Below are positions 1 through 6,644 of a stretch of DNA of 19,444 nucleotides, piece after piece. The notes beneath the pieces were generated by a model. That model was not told the origin of the DNA, did not search any database, and worked only from the letters and a program-made list of their open reading frames with translations. How positions within the stretch are numbered: position 1 is the stretch's first letter; each line of letters begins with the position of its first letter. Made by a program: the position numbers and the translations under genes. The stretch comes from Bdellovibrionales bacterium (lineage in GTDB: Bacteria > Bdellovibrionota > Bdellovibrionia > Bdellovibrionales > UBA1609): contig JBFWVI010000013.1 in assembly GCA_050246815.1 (NCBI GenBank), positions 1 through 19,444 of the forward strand, read 5' to 3'.

Positions 1-1110
1 GAGAAGCAAGACGCCCTTCAGGAATCAGCGAATTCTGTGAGAGAAGCGATCTCGAATCAAGCGTCTCAGTTCGTCACGCTCAAGGATTTGGTCATTCGTA
101 ATGAAATCGAGGGGTACTCTGCGCAGCCGCAGAGTGAGCGGAGCCGTATTGTTGAAGAGACCTTGGGGTCGGGCTCCTTGGCGAATGTTGAGCTTCTTTT
201 TACGCAAATTGAAGCTTTCGATCACGATTTAGAGGTCAAAGATAAATATTATTTATGGATTCTAAAGTTTCTTCGTTCAACTCAAGATGGGCGGGTTCAT
301 CAAATGATGACTCATATTTTAAAACGACTTGAGGAGAGTATCAGTAAAAAAATTGAAAGTGAAGAATTCAAATTCAGCAAATCGAGCAGATCAAAGATCG
401 TGGAAGTGGCTCATGATATTGGACAACTGGGCGTTTTAGAGTTGCTTCATAGGAATCTGCTTGTTTACGAAAAAGAAATCTCAGTAAGAAATGAATTTGA
501 GCTAAAAATTCTTGAGGCTATGAGAGGTGACCGCAGTGACCATGCCGTCGCTTTGCGTCTACAAATTTTGACTCATTTAAATGAAAAAGATGATTCATTT
601 TTGGGGGTAGCGCTAAGCCGGTCCCTGGAAGTTTATAGAAATATTCTTCAAGCCGAGCGTGGGCACGACATGAGCGCCATTCGATTAATTTTGTATGATC
701 AAATTAAAAGATTTAGTAATTGGAACAGTATTAAAGTTTTTATTTCGGCCCTAGTTGAAAATCCAGAGTACTTAGAAGAGGACATGGTCAAACGGTTGTA
801 TGACAAAAATGCCGCGTATGCAGATTCTGGTTATATGCTCGAGTTGCTTCAGCTAATCGCTTTATTGCCGGCGCAAACGCGTGCGCCCTATTTAGCGGGC
901 GCCTTACATTATTTAAATCGATACCACACTCAAGCTATCGACTTCGGTCAGCCCATTTTCAATAGCCAACGTTTTGTTGAGCTTTTGGTGCAAGGTCTTA
1001 AAAGTAGTCATACGGCCGCTGACGCCAGGGATATTCGCGAAAAGATTCTTAGTCGCCCAGAGTTTCAAAATCACACCGATTTAATGTGTGATGAAGCATT
1101 ACAAGATTAG
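1..1110 (+). CDS. Hypothetical protein, 5'-truncated by the window edge (Leu/Glu-rich, probably alpha-helical)
   Basis: The frame is open from base 1 (GAG AAG CAA GAC...) to TAG at 1108-1110, so the listed GTG at 37 is probably internal. No family motif recognised. C-terminus is ...MCDEALQD. Confidence 0.75.
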   Translation, partial: EKQDALQESANSVREAISNQASQFVTLKDLVIRNEIEGYSAQPQSERSRIVEETLGSGSLANVELLFTQIEAFDHDLEVKDKYYLWILKFLRSTQDGRVHQMMTHILKRLEESISKKIESEEFKFSKSSRSKIVEVAHDIGQLGVLELLHRNLLVYEKEISVRNEFELKILEAMRGDRSDHAVALRLQILTHLNEKDDSFLGVALSRSLEVYRNILQAERGHDMSAIRLILYDQIKRFSNWNSIKVFISALVENPEYLEEDMVKRLYDKNAAYADSGYMLELLQLIALLPAQTRAPYLAGALHYLNRYHTQAIDFGQPIFNSQRFVELLVQGLKSSHTAADARDIREKILSRPEFQNHTDLMCDEALQD

Positions 1111-1129
1111 AGATGGATGGTGGCTATTT

Positions 1130-2188
1130 ATGAAATGGGCTCTAGTTATGAAATTAATAATTTTTTGTTTTGCACTTGTATTGCCGGGAATGACTCAGGC
1201 GCATGAAGAAGTTTGCGATCTCGCCCTGAGCGGCCGCATTGTCCACAGCACTCCTTTGGTGGAAGCACAAATTTCTCGACTTAGTCGCCATTATCAGAGC
1301 ATTTCGACAAAACGGACCTCTCTTCGCTTGGCCGACGAATCGGAAACGCTTCAATTTCTTCACACTTTAAGTCTCCTGAAAGCAGAATCCGAGTCCTTAG
1401 GTGCAGTTTTGCATCGAATTGAGGCCCTGTCTTATCCGGACCTAATTCGGACGAGTCAAGATTGGGCCTTTTCAGCTTATTTAAATGCAATTTTGGACGG
1501 CAGTCTTGATTTTGTAATCAAAAATTATCAATTGCGGCGAAAGTGGTCCGACGAATTTTTATCAAAGGTACGACAGCAAGCGATGCGTGACCGTAAAAGA
1601 TCAACAACTTTTATCTATAAATTTTATTCAACTGATGAGCAAAACAACATACATGTCGCGCAAACGGGTGGCACTTTGCGGATTGTACGAGCCACAAAAA
1701 GCTTGGCCGAATCTTTGCCGGTTGATGAAGGTTTTGCGATAGCCGTACCATTTAACGGTGAAAGTAAATTTGAGCTGGCTAATTTTTCCATTGCCAAAAG
1801 CCAGAATGTTTCAGCTTTTCGCGAGTTGCTGATCCAGCTGATGCTTCACGCACTGCGAACGCAGACCGAGGTGGGGCATAATCCGGATCGACCCAGTTAC
1901 TATGCTTATGCCGATCCTGGGGCTTATCGTATGTATTTGGGACTTGGTTTTACGCCAATCGCTTCTGGACAAGAGAAAAAAGTGGTGGATGGGGTTGTCT
2001 TTAGGCCGTTGGGGATATCCTCTAAGGGCATTTTAAATATCCCTGAGGCGATGAAAAGGGCGCGCCTGTACTGGGATCAAGAGGGCTTAAGCGAAGTGAT
2101 TGAGCACTTTGAGCTTTTAAAAATGATGGATGGTGATCAGCATCATTTTCACATGGTGTATCCTCAAGAAATATTATTCGGGGCATAG
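1130..2188 (+). CDS. Exported protein with a C-terminal GNAT-fold domain resembling FeeM N-acyl amino acid synthases / LuxI-type acyltransferases
   Basis: ATG 1130 (or 1148) gives a Sec-like signal (MKLIIFCFALVLPGMTQA). The C-terminal half has the order GTLRIV...LPVD...FELANFSI...YAYADP...MYLGLGF, which matches the FeeM-like GNAT pattern by eye. No HMM search was run. Confidence 0.6.
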   Translation: MKWALVMKLIIFCFALVLPGMTQAHEEVCDLALSGRIVHSTPLVEAQISRLSRHYQSISTKRTSLRLADESETLQFLHTLSLLKAESESLGAVLHRIEALSYPDLIRTSQDWAFSAYLNAILDGSLDFVIKNYQLRRKWSDEFLSKVRQQAMRDRKRSTTFIYKFYSTDEQNNIHVAQTGGTLRIVRATKSLAESLPVDEGFAIAVPFNGESKFELANFSIAKSQNVSAFRELLIQLMLHALRTQTEVGHNPDRPSYYAYADPGAYRMYLGLGFTPIASGQEKKVVDGVVFRPLGISSKGILNIPEAMKRARLYWDQEGLSEVIEHFELLKMMDGDQHHFHMVYPQEILFGA

Positions 2189-2189
2189 T

Positions 2190-2219
2190 CCTGCACGACA
2201 ATGAAATATGTCGTGCAGG
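2190..2219. terminator. Perfect 11-bp hairpin between convergent genes, likely bidirectional terminator
   Basis: CCTGCACGACA (2190-2200), 8-nt loop, TGTCGTGCAGG (2209-2219). Lies between the stop codons at 2188 (+) and 2234 (-). U-tracts are weak. Confidence 0.65.
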
Positions 2220-2233
2220 CTTGGAATCTTATT

Positions 2234-2803
2234 TTAGCGCATCCGTTTATAGATAATACGGACCGGCTTTTTGTAGTTTGGGTCATTGGAATCGAGCTCA
2301 TGGCCAACAATCATAGCCTCGCGGCTGTTGTAGCTCATATCGCCAAAAATGTAGCGCGGAGTTCCTAAGCGTTTAAGAGAGACATCGTGCACGGTCGGGA
2401 AACCATGACGGTCAAATGAAATGCGCAGATCCTGGTTGTCTGTGAACTTCAGGTCAATGTTGATTTCGCCGTCCATACTGCGGTCCAGGACCGCACGAAA
2501 CTTACGACCTTCTTTTGATAAGAAGTAGCCAACGCTTCCCACCGCACGTTCTGACGAAAGAAATACATCATACCAAGAGCGAATCGGTTGACCATTGGAT
2601 TTGCTCTTTAGAATCACCAGGGTGCGGCAGGTCAAGGTGTCCTCGACACAGTAGTTGTAGCGTTCAAAGACCTCAGTTGAGTCGATCAGTTCTTTTACAG
2701 TGGCGGTGTCTTGGTCGTATTCTTCGGGGGTGAACTCTTGTACGGCCGCATTGGCCCAAGATCCAGCTATTGCCGTCAGGGTAATCAGTAGCCAGTTTTT
2801 CAT
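2234..2803 (-). CDS. Secreted hypothetical protein (189 aa)
   Basis: Strong SD AAAGGAGAG just upstream of the ATG. Signal peptide MKNWLLITLTAIAGSWANA with an A-x-A site. One Cys pair (CVEDTLTC). Confidence 0.8.
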   Translation of the reverse strand: MKNWLLITLTAIAGSWANAAVQEFTPEEYDQDTATVKELIDSTEVFERYNYCVEDTLTCRTLVILKSKSNGQPIRSWYDVFLSSERAVGSVGYFLSKEGRKFRAVLDRSMDGEINIDLKFTDNQDLRISFDRHGFPTVHDVSLKRLGTPRYIFGDMSYNSREAMIVGHELDSNDPNYKKPVRIIYKRMR

Positions 2804-2863
2804 AAAACTCTCCTTTATTGATTGAAGACATTTTCAGTCTTTGGTCTGGGCTTATTTAAAAAG

Positions 2864-2897
2864 TGACGATCCGTCAAATATTTATGACAGATCGTAA
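2864..2897. promoter_or_regulatory. Paired palindromic operator, likely bound by the adjacent TetR protein
   Basis: TGACG-ATC-CGTCA (2864-2876, perfect 5-bp arms) and TGACA-GAT-CGTAA (2885-2897; its reverse complement matches the first at 11/13), starting 21 bp apart in the divergent intergenic region. Confidence 0.65.
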
Positions 2898-2940
2898 TTT
2901 TTATTTACATAAGTTTTGCCGATAAGTTGGATGGAGCACA

Positions 2941-3615
2941 GTGGGCTCTAAGGTATTGAAAGCAAAAGGGCTTATGAAAAAGAACCTAAAGGTCAAAGTC
3001 GATATTGCAAAACTGTTAAGCGCCGACCGCAAGGGCGCCAGGCGCCAGCTGCAAATAGCCAATAGTGCGGTCGACTTGTTAGCCCGTGACAGTGTCGCGA
3101 ATTTTTCATTCGAAAAATTGGCACAGTCCTGTCGGGTGACGCGCACTCTGATTTATCGTTACTATCCGACGTTTAGTGATTTGATGGCATTTTTGGGTGC
3201 ACTGATCCGTCATCGTTACCAGGAGTTTGTGATCAAGCGAATGGAGTCGCAGAAAAATCCGGCTGCCATTTTTAAAGCATACATTGGCGCGCTTTTAGAC
3301 TGGTTCGAGGTTTATCCAAATGATGCGCATGTGTGGTTGGCTTACTTTCACCAAAGCAGTGTGACGGCCAATTTGCGTTCAAAAAACAAAGAAATGGTGG
3401 ACATGGGGGCTGAGCGAATCTCGCAGATGTTGCAAATGAATGCGCAGCAAAAGCGCGATTTTTCAAGTCAGGCCCGATGTATTCAATTTTTAATCACAGG
3501 GTATTTGGTATCAAAAGCCACCGAAGAAAGAACACCGTCAGAGTGGAAAAGACTAAAGACTCACACATTGAATTTGTGCCTCGAATTTATGGAGCCCAAG
3601 TTCGCACAACTTTAG
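2941..3615 (+). CDS. TetR/AcrR family transcriptional regulator
   Basis: N-terminal TetR-type HTH: IANSAVDLLARDSVANFSFEKLAQSCRVTRTLIYRYY. Size ~215-224 aa. Start is GTG 2941 (GGAG upstream) or ATG 2974. Confidence 0.88.
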   Translation: MGSKVLKAKGLMKKNLKVKVDIAKLLSADRKGARRQLQIANSAVDLLARDSVANFSFEKLAQSCRVTRTLIYRYYPTFSDLMAFLGALIRHRYQEFVIKRMESQKNPAAIFKAYIGALLDWFEVYPNDAHVWLAYFHQSSVTANLRSKNKEMVDMGAERISQMLQMNAQQKRDFSSQARCIQFLITGYLVSKATEERTPSEWKRLKTHTLNLCLEFMEPKFAQL

Positions 3616-3801
3616 CGGTCAGGTCGGGATTTGAGCAGCACCCGCCATCATAACAATGGCATCCGTTGGCATTTTTACGCAGCCGAGATCCGACGCGCTT
3701 AAAGCGCTTTGAGGCCACTATTGCGATCATGGAGCCCAGGGGAAAGCTTAAAGCCAATTAAATTGATCTTGAGTCCTTATGCTGGGTTGAGTCCCGCCCT
3801 G

Positions 3802-3830
3802 TTGACACAACGCAGATTTTCATGAATAAT
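3802..3830 (+). promoter_or_regulatory. Sigma70-type promoter of thrS
   Basis: TTGACA (3802-3807), 17-bp spacer, AATAAT (3825-3830), 76 nt upstream of the thrS ATG. Confidence 0.7.
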
Positions 3831-3856
3831 TCTAGCCACTAAGGGGTGTGCTTCGA

Positions 3857-3901
3857 ATGCTCACAAACTGCCAGTCCAATCTGACCATGATCCAATTTTA
3901 A
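3857..3901 (+). CDS. Putative 14-aa leader peptide / uORF upstream of thrS (MLTNCQSNLTMIQF)
   Basis: SD-like AAGGGGTG at 3841-3848, ATG 3857, TAA 3899-3901. It ends 5 nt before the thrS ATG, which has no SD of its own. Confidence 0.3.
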   Translation: MLTNCQSNLTMIQF

Positions 3902-3906
3902 GCTGT

Positions 3907-5877
3907 ATGGCGGCGGTTCAAATCATTTTACCCGACAAATCAGTTCGTACATTTGACCATGAGCCCACGGTGCTTGAGGTCGCAAAATCCATTGGTCCGA
4001 AGCTTGCCAAAGACACGGTGGGTGGCCTTATCAATGACGAAAATGAAGTCACCGATCTTCGCCGGGTTTTACCCAGTGGGACACGCTTAAAAATCGTCAC
4101 GGTCAATATGCCTGAGGCATTGGAAGTCATTCGCCACTCGGCCGCCCACGCCATGGCTCAAGCGGTGCAAGAGCTCTGGCCGGATGTCAAAGTGACCATT
4201 GGCCCTGTCATTGAAGGCGGTTTTTATTATGACTTTCATTCGCCAAGGGCGTTTACTCCTGAAGATTTAGAAAAGATCGAGAAGAAATTAAGTGAAGTGA
4301 TCGCCCGCGACGACGAAGTCGTTCGCGAAGATTGGAAGGCCGAAGACGCCATCAAAACTTTCGAGAAAATGGGTGAGACCTTTAAAGCTGAGATCATCCG
4401 TGATTTGAAAGAGCCAGTGGTGGGTATCTACAAACAAGGCGACAAGTGGTTTGATCTTTGCCGTGGCCCCCACGTTCAGCGTATGGGCGTGATCAAGGCC
4501 GTCAAGGTGTTGAGCTTGGCCGGAGCTTACTGGCGTGGTGATGAAAAGAATCCGCAGTTGCAGCGTGTTTATGCGACAGCTTTTACCGATAAGAAAGACT
4601 TGGCCGAATATCTGCATAATCTTGAAGAAGCCAAGCGTCGCGATCATCGCAAGCTTGGTAAAGAACTTGGAATGTTCTACTTTCACCCGATGTCGCCAGG
4701 CGGACCGTTTTTTGCTCCTAAGGGCGCATTGGTTTACAACTGTTTGCAGAATTTTATTCGCGAAAAATACCTTAAATACAACTACCAAGAAGTGATCACG
4801 CCGCAGGTGTTCGACGTGGATTTGTTTCATCGCTCGGGCCACTACGAAAATTACCGTGAAAATATGTATTTCACCAAAGTCGACGAACGTGATTTTTCAT
4901 TCAAGCCGATGAATTGTCCCAGTCATTGTTTGCTCTATGGAACTGAGTTGCGTTCTTACCGGGATCTTCCTTGGCGTGTGGCTGATTTTGGTCGACTGCA
5001 TCGCTATGAACGAAGCGGTGTCATGCATGGCCTGACTCGAGTTCGCACTTTTTGCCAAGACGACGCACATATCTTTTGCACCCTTGAGCAGATTCAAGAC
5101 GAGATTCGTCAGTTTATGACCATGCTCAGCGAGTGCTACAGCACCTTGGGACTGCATCAGTATACGATCTATTTGTCCACTCGGCCTGAAAAGCGCATGG
5201 GTTCGAATCAAATTTGGGATCAAGCCGAAGGCGCGCTTGAGACCGCTTTGAAAGATTTGAGCTTACCCTACAAGATCAACGCCGGCGACGGCGCGTTTTA
5301 TGGGCCCAAGCTTGACATCATGTTTGTCGATGCCCTGAAGCGTCCGTGGCAGCTTGGAACTTTGCAGGTGGACTTCAATATGCCCCAAGCTTTTGCGTTG
5401 AAGTACATTGGGGCGGATAACAAGGATCATCCGCCCGTGATGCTTCACCGGGCTATTTTGGGCTCATTGGAGCGCTTTATTGGGGTTTATTTGGAGCACA
5501 CGGCGGGACATTTGCCCACGTGGTTGGCGCCTACCCAAGTGATGATCATGAGTGTGACAGACGCCCAAAATGAATATTGTTTGGAGCTTGAAAAAAGTTT
5601 AAAAGAGGGCGGTTTGCGAGTGCAGTTTGACCAGCGCAGTGAAAAATTGGGATTTAAGATCCGTGAAGCGCAACTGCAAAAGGTGCCCTATATGCTGACC
5701 ATCGGCGATAAAGAAAAAGACGGCAAAACCGTGTCGATTCGTTTGCGTAATGGTCACACCAAATATGGTTTGAGTTTGAAAGAGTTTTTAACAACAGTTC
5801 AAAGCGAAATCCGCGAACGGGCCATAAACAGCCCTTGGGTCGAAAAACAAACGGCCCCGGAAACGACTGCGAACTAA
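3907..5877 (+). CDS. thrS: Threonine--tRNA ligase
   Basis: N-terminal TGS domain, editing motifs RHSAAH and DLCRGPH, RDHRKLG, KPMNCPSH, AFYGPKLD, HRAILGSLERFIG, C-terminal anticodon-binding domain (KIREAQLQKVPY). Confidence 0.99.
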   Translation: MAAVQIILPDKSVRTFDHEPTVLEVAKSIGPKLAKDTVGGLINDENEVTDLRRVLPSGTRLKIVTVNMPEALEVIRHSAAHAMAQAVQELWPDVKVTIGPVIEGGFYYDFHSPRAFTPEDLEKIEKKLSEVIARDDEVVREDWKAEDAIKTFEKMGETFKAEIIRDLKEPVVGIYKQGDKWFDLCRGPHVQRMGVIKAVKVLSLAGAYWRGDEKNPQLQRVYATAFTDKKDLAEYLHNLEEAKRRDHRKLGKELGMFYFHPMSPGGPFFAPKGALVYNCLQNFIREKYLKYNYQEVITPQVFDVDLFHRSGHYENYRENMYFTKVDERDFSFKPMNCPSHCLLYGTELRSYRDLPWRVADFGRLHRYERSGVMHGLTRVRTFCQDDAHIFCTLEQIQDEIRQFMTMLSECYSTLGLHQYTIYLSTRPEKRMGSNQIWDQAEGALETALKDLSLPYKINAGDGAFYGPKLDIMFVDALKRPWQLGTLQVDFNMPQAFALKYIGADNKDHPPVMLHRAILGSLERFIGVYLEHTAGHLPTWLAPTQVMIMSVTDAQNEYCLELEKSLKEGGLRVQFDQRSEKLGFKIREAQLQKVPYMLTIGDKEKDGKTVSIRLRNGHTKYGLSLKEFLTTVQSEIRERAINSPWVEKQTAPETTAN

Positions 5878-5892
5878 CAAAAGGAGTTTCCC

Positions 5893-6606
5893 ATTCGTCC
5901 GTTTAGAAGAGATGGTCCTGCAGGTGGTTCTGGTGGTGGCGGCTTTCAAAGGCGTGGTCCACGTCGCGAAGGCGAATTTCGCATGAATTATGAAATCAAC
6001 GCACCCGAGGTGCGTTTGATCGACGAAGCCGGGCAGATGCTTGGTGTGATGTCGCCGCGTGAAGCCGTACAGATTGCAGAAGGACGAGGGCTCGACTTGA
6101 TCGAAATCGCGCCGACGGCCAAGCCGCCGACATGCAAGATCATGGATTATGGCAAGTACAAGTACGAAGCCAAAAAGAAAGAAAAGGAAGCCCGTAAGAA
6201 ACAAGTGATCATCACCGTTAAGGAAATCCAGTTGCGCCCGCGCACGGACCAGCATGATATCGATGTTAAGCTTCGCCACGCGCGCCGGTTTTTGCTTGAG
6301 GGCGACAAGGTGAAGTTCAATATGCGTTTTTCAGGTCGTGAGATGGCACACCAGGAGTTCGGCTACAAACTCTTGAAAAAGGTGGGCGAATCCCTGACCG
6401 ACATTGCTTTGGTTGAAGCCCCGCCCAAAATGGAGGGCAAACAGTTGTTTGCGCTATACGCCCCGGACCCAGCAAAGGTCCGCGAGTACATCAAAAAGAA
6501 CCCAAAAGCTTTAGACAAAAAAGCGAGCAAAGAAGAGTCTGAAGAAGACAAAAACATCGCCGCCGACATCTCGAGCACAACCGAAACGAGTGAGAGCGAC
6601 GAATAG
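5893..6606 (+). CDS. infC: Translation initiation factor IF-3, AUU start, with N- and C-terminal extensions
   Basis: SD AAGGAG at 5881-5886, then ATT at 5893 in frame with the listed ORF (90 nt upstream of ATG 5983, no stops). IF3 motifs: EVRLID, LDLIEIAP, CKIMDYGKYKYE, KEIQLRP, GDKVK, GREMAH. Confidence 0.97.
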   Translation: MRPFRRDGPAGGSGGGGFQRRGPRREGEFRMNYEINAPEVRLIDEAGQMLGVMSPREAVQIAEGRGLDLIEIAPTAKPPTCKIMDYGKYKYEAKKKEKEARKKQVIITVKEIQLRPRTDQHDIDVKLRHARRFLLEGDKVKFNMRFSGREMAHQEFGYKLLKKVGESLTDIALVEAPPKMEGKQLFALYAPDPAKVREYIKKNPKALDKKASKEESEEDKNIAADISSTTETSESDE

Positions 6607-6642
6607 TCGCTCCCAATATGAGCGACGAATAGTCGCTCCCAA
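6594..6642. repeat. Tandem 23-bp palindromic direct repeat (26-bp period), REP-like
   Basis: GAGCGACGAATAGTCGCTCCCAA at 6594-6616 and 6620-6642. Each copy folds as GAGCGAC-GAATA-GTCGCTC (7-bp stem). The first copy contains the infC stop codon. Confidence 0.9.
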
Positions 6643-6644
6643 GA

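Noticed and set aside
3589..3738. 10-bp direct repeat ATGGAGCCCA at 3589 and 3729 as a target-site duplication
   Set aside because: The same 10-mer also occurs at 7064 inside an unrelated gene, and the enclosed segment has no terminal inverted repeats or transposase. Treated as chance.
3616..3906. tRNA gene or T-box riboswitch upstream of thrS
   Set aside because: No cloverleaf or GTTCRA T-arm, no T-box consensus or terminator, and the leader after the promoter is only ~70 nt.
3918..6279. Antisense and alternate-frame ORFs over thrS and infC (e.g. 4288-4842, 4897-5223, 5788-6279)
   Set aside because: Shadow ORFs of highly conserved genes, with no recognisable motifs.
6594..6642. CRISPR array interpretation of the palindromic direct repeat
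   Set aside because: Only two exact copies separated by 3 nt, so there are no spacers, and there are no cas genes in the window.
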